This document shows, piece after piece, positions 1-11,675 of a stretch of 64,000 bases of DNA. Made by a program: the position numbers and the translations under genes. The notes beneath the pieces were generated by a model. It did no database searches. It was not told the DNA's origin and saw only the letters and a program-made list of their open reading frames with translations. Position 1 is the first letter of the stretch. Every line of letters begins with the position of its first letter. This DNA is from Octopus sinensis (lineage: Eukaryota), in NCBI RefSeq assembly GCF_006345805.1, contig NC_043004.1, forward strand, positions 41,602,001 through 41,666,000. The letters are read 5' to 3'.

Positions 1-419
1 ATAAGCCTCACAACACACTGGAATGATTATACAAAAATAGTTCGGACATGTATGTGTTCATGCGCAAGTCCCAAAGCCCAAGTCTTAAATATTTTTCACT
101 TTTTTTCTCCCTTTATAGATTAGTGGTATGTAACGGGTAAAACGGAATATTTCTCACTGTTTCAACCAGCGCAAATTATTTCTTTATTTTCCCTTCTATT
201 TTGTGCAAGAATAACAACTTAATCTTTGTATATATAAATCAAATCAGTTCAATGTCAATAAGTTTTATTACTACCATCAGTCTGTAAAAAACAGCTATTC
301 ATTCATCCTATATCTTACTTTCAGAAATATTTATTTTCTTACAAGAATTGATTTGCTGTTATTGTTGCTCCTATTCTCCTTTTCCTCGCCCTCCCCTCCA
401 CCTCCCCTCCTCCTCCTCC

Positions 420-466
420 TCCTCCCCCTCCTATTCTTCTTCTTCTTCTTCTTCTTCTTCTTTCTT

Positions 467-502
<36 letters not shown>

Positions 503-562
503 GATATATCTACTTAACTTCTTTCCTCCGAGAATTGATTTATTATTACCAATACATTATTA

Positions 563-610
<48 letters not shown>

Positions 611-817
611 TATTATTATTATTATTATTATTATCATTATTATTATTATTATTATTGTTGTTGTTGTTATTATTATTATTATCATCGATATTATTATTAT
701 TATATTGTGATTATTATTATTATTATTTTATTATTGTTATTGTTATTATTATTATTATTGTTATTGTTATTGTTATTATTATTATTATTATTATTGTTAT
801 TATTATTATTATTATTA

Positions 818-848
<31 letters not shown>

Positions 849-1062
849 CGTCATCATCTTCATCATCATTATTCGTATTATCACCATCATCATCATCATC
901 ATCGTCATCATCCACATTATCACCATTATCATTTAGCCTCATCATCATCATCATCATTGCTTTTGTTTAGTCCCTTTTTTGTTTATTTCTTACATTTTGT
1001 AGTTCTTTTCTATATATTTTTTATATATATATTGTGGTTGCTGTTCATTCGTCGACGGCGTT

Positions 1063-1094
<32 letters not shown>

Positions 1095-1220
1095 ATTCTT
1101 CTTCTTCTTCTTCTTCTTCTTCTTCTTCTTCTTCTTCTTCTTCTTCTTCTTCTTCTTCTTCTTCTTCTTCATTCTGTCTTCTTCTTCTTCTTCATTCTGT
1201 CTTCTTCTTCTTCTTCATTC
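420..1220. repeat. Compound trinucleotide microsatellites (TCT)n/(ATT)n/(GTT)n/(CAT)n
   Basis: Directly visible; they produce the poly-S/F/Y/I/L/D ORFs in the track. Confidence 0.95.
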
Positions 1221-1419
1221 TGTCTTCTTGTGTATTTGTAAAGTATTTTACAGGTTATGGTCCACCGCTGCAACACCTACCTTTTACTGGTCATTGAACA
1301 TGTTTAATGATAATATATTTTAACCGTTATTATATCAGTTAAAAGAATAAAATAATACAAAAAAAAACAACAAAAACGCGAAACAAAGAAGACACACACA
1401 TAACATACGTATTTAAGCG

Positions 1420-1628
1420 GATATATACACACATACGCGCGCGCACATACACATACACATACATAACACAGAAATATATATACATATATGTATTTATATG
1501 CATACATTTATATATTTATAATAATCTATCTATCTATCTATCTATTTATCGATCTATGCATATGTATACGCAACTCTAGTTGAAAATATAGACGATACAA
1601 AAAGACAGCAAGAATACATACATACATG

Positions 1629-1698
<70 letters not shown>

Positions 1699-1794
1699 AT
1701 ATGTGTGTGTATATATATATATGTATATAATGTATATATATGTATATATATACACATACATACATATATATACATATACATATATATATGTATA

Positions 1795-1825
<31 letters not shown>

Positions 1826-2285
1826 GAATATATATATATATATACTTACATATGAATATGCATGTATATGTATACTTGTGTGTGGTATATATATATATAT
1901 ATTTGTATGTATATATATATATATATGTGTATGTATATACATATATGTGTGTGTCTATGTGTGTGTATGTGTGTGTGTGTAATACACACCGACTCAAATG
2001 CCGCATACACATGCTCACACCCGCAGACACACACACATACACACACACATATATATGACAAAATAACAGAAAATATATTTAAAGAAGTTATTGGCCTCTA
2101 TCAATGTACAAAGAGAATTCTTTCGGCTTTTCACACATTATTAGACTTTCAGAATATCTCATAATGTCTAATGTTATTTTCCTTATGTGTGTGGAAATTC
2201 GTGTTTGGTATTTTTTTTCTTTTTGCTTTCCCTTTTTGTATTGTATTTTTCTGTTGAAGGTTTGTTTTGTTTTTCGACTCTGTAT

Positions 2286-2332
<47 letters not shown>

Positions 2333-2431
2333 CCAATTCATTTTTTTTTGTTTATATAATTATTCATTTATTTCTTTCGTCTAATTCACATCTTGAATTG
2401 CTATCATGAAGTTAGATGTAGGCGTTATTGC

Positions 2432-2490
<59 letters not shown>

Positions 2491-2623
2491 GTGTATATAT
2501 GTATGTATGTGTGTATGTATATATGCACTTATATATATACATATATATATATGTATATAAATGCATATATATATATAATATATATATATATGTGTGTGTA
2601 TATATATATATGTATATAAATGC

Positions 2624-2656
<33 letters not shown>

Positions 2657-2672
2657 ATATTATATATATATA

Positions 2673-2707
<35 letters not shown>

Positions 2708-2901
2708 ATATATATATGCGTGTGTGTGTCCGTGTGTATACATGCATATATGTTTGTGTGTATACATATAGGGAGAAAAAGAGAAATTGGAAGAGAAATA
2801 GATAGATAGATAGATAGATAGATGATAGAGAAAGAGAGAGAGAGCGTGGGGGGATAGAGCTAGAAGCGGTCATGTATTCAGATATTTAGAGACTGAGAGG
2901 T

Positions 2902-2970
<69 letters not shown>
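1420..2970. repeat. (TA)n/(CA)n/(TATC)n/(ATTT)n/(GA)n microsatellite-rich region
   Basis: Directly visible simple repeats separated by short unique spacers. Confidence 0.9.
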
Positions 2971-2973
<3 letters not shown>

Positions 2974-3496
2974 GGAGTGACTGGGAAAAATCTATTTTAT
3001 TGTCAATCGAAGCGCTTCATGAACAGTTCGCATCAGGTTTCCTACGTGACATGATGTGCTTGTTATATAAAAGTCTACCCAATTCCCTAGTGACTTCGCT
3101 GGCAATATAGATACCAAAGAAAATTGACTGCCAATGTTGTTTAAAATGGGGTTATCGTTCTTGCTGTTTCGCCCCTAAGTCACCTTTGGCTGAGCAGATC
3201 TTTGACCCAAGTCATTCAAAATTGTGAGAGCCTGTTTTTTTTTTCTTGTGTAAAGTAAACGCGAGAAAACATTATCCAACGTTTCGAATTCTAAGTCGAA
3301 TTTTAAGACTGACAAGTGTGATTTGAGGAAGAGAAGATTGGCTGCTTTTGTTACAAGTTGACCGACCACGTAGAGGCTTGTGTGTTTTTTAGCGTCTCTG
3401 TTTATATGTAGCCTACTATTGAATAGACTGTGAATATTAATTCTTCAGTGTAACTGATACAACCAATTTCTGTCTCTCGTACAGTCAGTCCTATGT

Positions 3497-3528
<32 letters not shown>

Positions 3529-4173
3529 ACTCCATCTCTCTCAGTCTATGTACGCATGCATGTATGTATGTATCTATGCATGTAAATATACGTATGTGTG
3601 TATGCAGGTAAATATGTATTTATCTTCTATCTTTATGTATGGGTATATATGTACATCTATCTATGTATCTATCTATCCGTCTGACTGTCTATCTGTCTGT
3701 CTGTCTGTCTGTTTGATGGATGTCTATCACTCTCTCCTCCCCTCTCTCTCTATCTATATGTCTACGAATAACACAGTTAATTGGACTTTCTAAGATGTAT
3801 CTGCTTTAAGTATGACACACACATTTTTATTTTAAAGTAATAATGCCTTAATTGCATATAACAAACTATTATCCAGCCGGCCGGCCGGCTAATTGCAGCA
3901 TCAACGATTTTTCAATCATTCTTTTACTATATCAGTAATGGCGGATTTTGTCTTCGTATTCGGCTGCCAATGGTTGTATGTTGCTAACGAAATCCAAAGA
4001 GGCAAAAATGTGTATTTAACAATGTCACCACCGCGATTGGACGATTTTCGTCTGCGACTGATATGCTTTTTGTTTTGTTTTTTTTAACAGTGTACGTCTG
4101 TAAGAGATACTATTTCAGGATGAATATCGTAGTTAATCAGGTTTCCTACGATGTATCTGCTTCAAGTATGACA

Positions 4174-4254
<81 letters not shown>

Positions 4255-4488
4255 TACATCCATATATATATATATATATATATATAATATAATGAAAATA
4301 TCAATGTGAGTTATATACAGTAGCGGTCAACACAACGTGACGTATTTTTGCCATTCACATATGGTTAACCCCTAAGGTGGATGCTACTGTAGTTTTAGAG
4401 CCCCAGGAGGAAACACTCCTCCAGCTGGCCATAGACACACTTTCTGTGTCCTGTCAGTATTTGCAAAGGAAGTCATCCTTCCCGTCTT

Positions 4489-4558
4489 CAACTTATGATA
4501 CACATGGACTCGAGTTTCGAGGTATTGACCTCTCGTCAGCGTGTGACAATCATAGTTG
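4489..4558 (-). ncRNA. Type I hammerhead ribozyme (left-arm copy)
   Basis: Reverse complement reads CAACTATGATTGTCACACG-CTGACGA-GAGGT/CAAT/ACCTC-GAAA-CTCGAGTC-CATGTGTATCATAAGTTG. It has a full core, 5-bp stem II, palindromic stem III ACTCGAGT, a GUC site and an extended stem I. Confidence 0.9.
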
Positions 4559-5012
4559 TCGCCGAGAATTAGATTTCCTTCACAATACTTAACTTTTTCC
4601 AGCGTCCACTGTCGCTGATATTGAAAAAGTGAAATCAAACAATGATAAATATCAATGTGAGTTATATCAGTAGCGGTAACACAACGTGACGTATTTTTGC
4701 CATTTCAATATGGCTAACCCCTAAGGGTGGATGGTACTGTAGTTTTTAGCCCCAGGAGATACTGACAGGACACAGAAAGTGTGTCTATGGCCAGCTGGAG
4801 GAGTGTGTCCTCCTGGGGCTAAAAACTACAGTAGCATCCACCCTTAGGGGTTAGCCATATTGAAATGGCAAAAATACGTCACGTTGTGTTACCGCTACTG
4901 TATATAACTCACATTGATATTTATCATTGTTTGATTTCACTTTTTCAATATCAGCGACAGTGGACGCTGGAAAAAGTATAAGTATTTGTGAAGGAAATCT
5001 AATTCTCGGCGA

Positions 5013-5082
5013 CAACTATGATTGTCACACGCTGACGAGAGGTCAATACCTCGAAACTCGAGTCCATGTGTATCATAAGTTG
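5013..5082 (+). ncRNA. Type I hammerhead ribozyme (right-arm copy)
   Basis: CTGACGA 5032-5038; stem II GAGGT(5039-43)/ACCTC(5048-52) with loop CAAT; GAAA 5053-56; stem III ACTCGAGT; predicted cleavage after C5064. Stem I is CACACG/CATGTG, extended by ATGAT/ATCAT and CAAC/GTTG. Confidence 0.9.
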
Positions 5083-5267
5083 AAGACGGAAGGATGACTT
5101 CCCTTTGCAAATACTGACAGGACACAGAAAGTGTGTCTATGGCCAGCTGGAGGAGTGTGTCCTCCTGGGGCTAAAAACTACAGTAGCATCCACCCTTAGG
5201 GGTTACATATTGAAATGGCAAAAATACGTCACGTTATATATATATTATATATATATAAATACATATG

Positions 5268-5315
<48 letters not shown>

Positions 5316-5589
5316 ATATATAATATATATATATATATTATATATATATACACGTATGCAAATTAGAAATGTATAAATAAGTGACAAGAGACATTTTACA
5401 ATCACTTTTTTAGGACCGAAATAATCAGATTCTCTGACGAGAGTTGCACCTCCTGTCTATCCTAATATCGTATAATGGCGTTGACATTTAGACAACAGAG
5501 TGCCTGCTTCCTTGCTCAGTTAAACATGGCTATATAAATATCTGACTAAACTAATAGTTCTATCTCACCGTATATAATTTGACGGTCAT

Positions 5590-5639
<50 letters not shown>

Positions 5640-5642
<3 letters not shown>

Positions 5643-5964
5643 TGAGGGAGATAAATTAATATTAATTTCAATATCAATTTAAAACCAGTAGTCTAGCATA
5701 CAAAAAATCTGAAAAATCAGAGAAAATTCTAATATATGTGTATATTGGCAGGGCAAGACTGCTAGGTAGTCGGCCGTATGCTAGAAATAGATCATCAACG
5801 ATCAAACTACAAAGAAAGTTCTCTAGAGGAAAAATTCAGCGAACACCAGAACCAAATTTGGCGGGCAGGACAGATGAAAATTTATATAAAAAACAGAATT
5901 AATTGCATACCTCGGTTTCGGCCTTTAACAAAAGAATTACTTACATAATTCAAATGTCCGTGGC

Positions 5965-6017
<53 letters not shown>

Positions 6018-6170
6018 ATATATATATATCGAGATAACTTCGTAGTTAACTCCCAGCTGATAGGCTTTTCTGATGTTCTTTAAAATAGTCCAATATCGCG
6101 AACGATTTCGAGGTTTGTGATGAAATTTATGCCAACGCATTGAACACAGAGACATTTATATCACTTTTCG
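5640..6170 (-). mobile_element. Probable decayed PLE-derived terminal-repeat element, split by (TA)n
   Basis: Flanked by (TA)n. Minus strand has a degenerate HHR half (GGCC-GAAAC-CGAGGTA, ~5905-5925) without an intact CUGANGA. Its end resembles the 48.56-kb element (ACCAGTAGTCTAGC vs ACCAGTGGCCTAGC). Confidence 0.3.
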
Positions 6171-6933
6171 TACATTTGAGAGGAACAGACTGTGCTCATA
6201 CATACTGAACATTAGTTACATTTACTGGCCCAGCCATTACAAGTCAAATGGTCCACTTCACTGTGGTGCTATGAGTTAATGACAAAAGCAGCTTTTAAGT
6301 TTTGAACAACGTAGTGTACATATCTTTCAATAGGTTTCATGTTAGACTTAGTACAATTCTGTATGATATGGAAATACTGTATGAGTGTTGAACATTGCAT
6401 TTCCCGACAGCTTTGAGACCATCTATTCTGATACGTACCAATTCGGGAGGTGTAGTTTGGGCATGATCTTTGCATATGAAGGTTATAACACTAACCCTAT
6501 AAGAACTTGTTAAAACCTAAGAGACCAAGAGGATTGCTCAGCACATCTGCAGCAAGAATCTGATAGTAAAACTAGACAGAACCTTTAAGTATAATAGTAG
6601 TTATGAACGGTAATGAAGCATACTGGCATGCTATCTAGTGATTAGTTCATATCTCACCGATATAAAGCGTAGTTTCTGTGTGCCTGTTATTCCTGGTGAC
6701 AATTATTTAACCAATTCTAAAGATATGAATTTAAATGATATTTTACCATTAAAAGAATTCAGTTTCCGTTTCCCACTGAGTATATTTCTCAGCAACACAA
6801 ATATAAATCTTAAGTATATATTTTATTTACATCGATCTTAATTTAGATTAATGGGCATAATATTATTCTCATTTCCAATGGTGTACGTTGAATTTTGAAA
6901 ATGAATTCAGTGCATATGTGCATGCATGTGTGT

Positions 6934-6971
<38 letters not shown>

Positions 6972-7081
6972 GTGTGTAAATGTACTTGTCCCTATAATTT
7001 TATATATTTATACATGCAAAACTATTAGAATGGCAACAGGGTGAATTATCAGCTACGAATATATATAATATATATATATAT

Positions 7082-7265
7082 AGGGAAAGTTTACGAAAAA
7101 AACAAAAGACGAAGACAGGTGGTGTACAAAACAAACAGATGTATTAGTATAACGCTCAAGAATAGAAAAAGTCTTTTACGTTTCGAGCCTATGCTCTTCT
7201 ACAGAAAGGGACACAGAAAAAACAAGGAGAGAAAAAATGTGTGTAGTTTCTAACGATCTATCATG
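7082..7265 (-). mobile_element. Solo terminal repeat (pLTR) related to the PLE at 45.6-48.5 kb, with minimal HHR
   Basis: Colinear similarity to 45607-45815 (CAAAAGACGAAG.CAGGTGG...GTATTAGTAT..CGCTCA.G...ACGTTTCGAGCCTA.GCTCTTC.ACAGAAAG). Starts at a (TA)n edge. HHR motif at 7173-7208. Confidence 0.8.
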
Positions 7266-9724
7266 GCAAACATACACACACACGCACACACAATTTCGTC
7301 GCTGTGCATCAGACCCTTACCGTTCGTTTGAACGGTAAGGGTCTGATATTTATTAACATATCCAGAGTATTTCAAACCATCAGCATGATTTGGATTGGTT
7401 TTGTCTTCTTTTCAGAACCTTCTATAGTACGCGGCTTATGTTTATACAGATTTTCCCGCTAAAATTTGATGGTTAGATCGCCAGAGTTCTATACCATCGA
7501 AATCGCGTTTGTGACGTGCGCATGTTGCATGTTAACTGTAACCTTCTGTTACGATGTTAATTTTGCTCACATTATCAATAGTCTATTTCTGTGCGGAATG
7601 CTACAAAGTATGGAAGTATCTTCTGTTATTTTCCTAAACAGCTTCGTTTTACGCTTTGTAGTATGTTGCAATTTCTCGATGTTTTAAATGCATGGTGAAC
7701 CTACGAGAGAATGTTGTAATCATCTGGACAATATAACAATATAACAGATGAAATATAACAGATATAAATATAATCATCTGGACAATATAACAGATGAAAT
7801 CGTGAAGTTGGTAACTTGTTTTGGCGACTCTTTATAGACAGGAATAATAAAAAAAAAACTTCTAATGAGATCGATTTTTCATTCTTATCCACATAGGCAT
7901 AAGTAACTTATAGCTGTTAATAATATAAAGCTTTTCTGGAACTAAGCAAGGAGAGCGTGACAAAGAATAACAATTCTGACAAATAAACGGCTGTTCTAGA
8001 TTACTAAAATTTGTGATATCATTCAAAATATTTAATATATTACAACACTCAAAATATCTAATACTCTAGTGAGTGACTGAAGTAAAAGATTGTTCTTATA
8101 GCTTGTTCGTTTTCAAAACATGAATAGTTTGCCGAGCGGCAACAACTTGTTTTGATATCAATAGTCAAGGCAAACCTTGAATCATATAACTGGCTATAAC
8201 TTCATGCAAAACTCATACAAATAACATGAGGACTTTATTGAAAAGAAGAATAAAAAAAAAAGAATTGAGAGAAATGGGAAAAAGAATATGGTATCGAAAG
8301 AGATGTCCATCTACAGGGAAGGTTTCCGAATATCTATAAATTTACTTCTAATCGTAATGCTCTTAAAAAGTTTGGCCATATAGTGGCATATTGCCATTGT
8401 ACGTTCTTAATGATGAATATGGCATTCACTCATTAGCGATACAAGAAACAATCGCTAATCCCTGTTGTAACTGCCAAGTCTAGTCATTTCACCAAATTAA
8501 CAGCCTTGAGAAAGACATGATCGTCAGTCTTGAGTACCAGATCTTTACAACCCCACCAGTCTCTCTCTCTCACTCTTTCTCTCTCTCTATTTCTGTGTGA
8601 AATTTAAAAATTAATAATACTGTATACCAGGTGTTGATACTCATTAGTAGCAATATCAAATCCCACTCTGATTATAGACGTGAAATAAAAGAAGCCTACG
8701 CAAACACAGACGCCATATTGTGATAAATGTCAAATCTCTGAAAACCTAGGAATTGAAACCAGGATTAACCTGCTCGGAACCGGAAGAAATTACTACCGTA
8801 ACATGCGTAATTATTATGCATTGAGATAATTTCTTCGTGTGGCGGTGATATCACTTTGTGATTAAGATGTTCTATCGTTAACTGAGATTACAAGTCTACT
8901 GCAGTTGTTTTAATGCTATAATATTCCAAATAAACTTGTTTTAGGGAAATAAATACCAGGACTTTTTTTTGTGAAGGATGCAAAAACATTGCCTGTAGCA
9001 TACTGGCATTGTGCCCAGCAGTATTCAACATACTTTAAATTTAATGCAAAAGAAATTTAATGCAAGGGAAACAAGATCTGAGCGCCGATTCCATAGATAA
9101 TTGTGATTCGTAAATAAAATTGCTAACGTCTGTATTAATCTCGTAAAGTACGACCGTTTTGTCAAAGTAGTTAAATCCTAGTAAACCTTATCTGCAATAT
9201 AATATTGATTCTTGTTATCAGCCATTTCTCTTTATTCAGTCATTGTATCTGCGATTTCCAGCAGCTGTCATTTGCAGTGTTACCCGAGTTACGCAATTCA
9301 AGCCAACGAGGATCCACTATAGTAGTCGGGTCTAACTGCTGGAAATAACAACTAAATTCCCATCAAATAAATCAGTAATTTTAGAAATTGAAGAAAACAT
9401 CGAATAATGTCACCTTGGATATATTACATTTGAAAATAAGATGGGATGGATATGTAGAACACTTTCCATCACAGGTTTGCTCAATCAGAGCCGACCTGGG
9501 GCTGAACTACAACCAACTTTGATACTCCACTGAGATGCTGAACCCTGCCCGGTGACCCAGCGACCCGCTTTCTCTATCCTATAAACCAGTGACTTCTTCA
9601 CTCTTTGTCAGAAATCGATATCGTTAATTTAAAGACACGCCTTATTGTTTGATTAATCTAATTGTATAAATTATAAAAAACACACAACAGTTATTGATTA
9701 TCTTTTTGATGTCGATCTCGTTAT

Positions 9725-9964
9725 TGTTATTGCCATCATCATCATCATCATCATCATCATTATCATCATCATCATCATCATCATCATCATAATGATCATC
9801 ATCGTTGTCGTCATCGTCGTCGTTATCATCATCATCATCATTATCATCATCACCACCATCATCATCACCATCATCATCATCATCATCGTCATCGTCATCA
9901 TCATCATCATCATCATCGTCATCACCATCATCATCATCATCATCATCATCATCATAATCATCAT

Positions 9965-9995
<31 letters not shown>

Positions 9996-10052
9996 GTCAT
10001 CATCATCATCGTCGTCGTCATCATCATCATCATCATCATCACCACCACCACC

Positions 10053-10083
<31 letters not shown>

Positions 10084-10161
10084 CCACCACCACCATCATC
10101 ATCATCATCAACATCACCATCACCACCACCACCATCATCATCATCATCAACATCATCATCA

Positions 10162-10200
<39 letters not shown>

Positions 10201-10360
10201 TTGCTATTGATGTCGCTTTTGATAGTAATAAACATCGACTTCTGTGCCTACAGTTCATCGTCTTTGTCTTCTACTCGTTATGTATATAATTCTTTGTTTA
10301 TTCGAGCATTTGATAGCAATGGTGGTGTAGCGTTGTTGTTGTTGTTGTTGTTCATATTGT
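9725..10360. repeat. (CAT)n/(CAC)n/(GTT)n trinucleotide array
   Basis: Directly visible; source of the poly-D/M/I ORFs. Confidence 0.95.
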
Positions 10361-10419
10361 TATTGCTTTACTGATTATGATGTTGATGTGATGCGTTTGT
10401 AAAGCCTACTATTTTTCCA

Positions 10420-10810
10420 TTGTCTCTTCATTTCTTTTCTAATTTTTCATTCTTTTTGCTCTCTTTCCCCCACCTTCTCCATACTCCATCGTCCTTCCTT
10501 CACCCCGCTTCACCTCACCCCCTTTTTCCTTCTCCTTCTCTTCCTTCTTCGACTTTTAGCTTTTCGTTCTCCCTACTGCCTCTTCTCTTTGCTCTGTCCT
10601 TCCTTCGCCTCCTCCTTCTTACCTCTACCACTTTCATGAACATTCTCACCTTCGCCCTCCCCCTCTCCCCTTCCTCCTCCCCTTCCTCCTCCCCTTCCTC
10701 CTCCCCTTCCTCCTCCCCTTCCTCCTCCCCTTCCTCCTTCTCCTCCTTCTCCTCCTCCTCCTCCTCCCCTCCTCCTTCTTCTTCTTCTCATCATCATCAT
10801 CATCACCACC
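10420..10810. repeat. Polypyrimidine tract with (CCTCCTCCCCTT)n and (CAT)n
   Basis: Directly visible. Confidence 0.85.
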
Positions 10811-11490
10811 ATCTCTGTTCGATGTTCCTCATCTCAGTTCGATTGTAGTTCTCTCTTCTAGTATTTCCTTCCTACTTCCTCACCCACCTTCATTCCTCAT
10901 CATGCTTTGTTTTTTTCCCCTCGTCCATTTTGTTCATCGCATACCTATCAATTTTTACGTTACTATTATTTCTTTACAAAATGTAGCAGCGTCGGTGACG
11001 GTGAGGGTGAATTCTGTCCGAGAAGTTTTTCTATCATTTTTCTATCTCTTACTTCAACTCTTGTCCGCTTCCCCTCCTTCCACCTTATTGATTTTGTTAT
11101 ATTTGTTACAGTTGGTTTTGATGTTGGTGGTCATTTTGATGGTCATTGTTCAACTGGTCGTAACAGCAGTGTAGTAGTGGATGTTGATGTGCTAAACAGT
11201 GCAGCGATGGTGTTAGTCGGGGTGATAACTGTTGCCGTAGTCATCCTGATGCTGTTCGTTGTACTGCTCAAAATAAAACGAGAGGTGTAAATGTGTTACT
11301 CATACTTATAATAACAACAGCTATTGATCGTGGTGGCCATGGTGGGGGTGAAGATAGGCACAGTCAGTATGTTGGCTATCGGGGAGAAATCGAAATAACG
11401 GTCGTGCTAATGGTCAAAGTAGGGTTCTTTGGTGGTGGCTATGGTAGTGTTCTTTGGTGGTGGTTGTGATATCATTTATAGTGATATTAA

Positions 11491-11675
11491 GGCAGCGAGC
11501 TGGCAGAATCGTTAGCACGCCGGGAAAAATGCTTCTGAGTTCAAATGCCGGCCAGGTCTACTTCGCCTTTCAGCCTTCAGGGTCGATAAAATGAGTACCA
11601 GCTGAATAATGGGGTCGATTTGATCGACTTACCCTCTTTCGCGACATCACTGATCTTCTGTCAAAATTTGAAATC
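11491..11675 (+). mobile_element. tRNA-derived SINE family A, diverged copy
   Basis: GGCAGCGAGCTGGCAGAATCGTTAGCAC head, GAGTTCAAAT B-box-like motif, central GCCTTTCA.CCTTC.GGGTCGATAAAATGAGTACCAG domain shared with other copies. Confidence 0.8.

Larger units (their letters stand above)
4297..5235. mobile_element. Non-LTR retrozyme-like element: ~351-bp monomer, ~1.3 copies on minus (4297-4758) joined to ~1.35 copies on plus (4759-5235)
   Basis: AATATCAATGTGAG recurs at 4297 and 4648 (period 351). ATACTGACAGG recurs at 4759 and 5111 (period 352). The right arm is the reverse complement of the left. Each arm holds a canonical hammerhead, and both flanks are (TA)n. Confidence 0.8.

Noticed and set aside
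4297-5235. CRISPR array or tandem gene interpretation of the repeat
   Set aside because: The units are ~351 bp with no unique spacers, there are no cas genes, and the context is eukaryotic.
4377-5323. 71-84-aa ORFs within the retrozyme unit
   Set aside because: Frames are not preserved between the arm copies (single-base indels), and RNA structure explains the sequence better.
5434-5458. CTGACGA-GAG/CTC hairpin resembling a hammerhead
   Set aside because: No GAAA or stem III follows.
6250-6560. Possible CR1/L2 3' fragment on the minus strand
   Set aside because: Only a vague LIQYFHII resemblance, with no diagnostic motif.
9642-10235. 197-aa poly-Asp/Gly ORF resembling an acidic biomineralisation protein
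   Set aside because: It is a pure (CAT/CAC)n array open in other frames as poly-M/V/I, with no signal peptide or non-repetitive domain.
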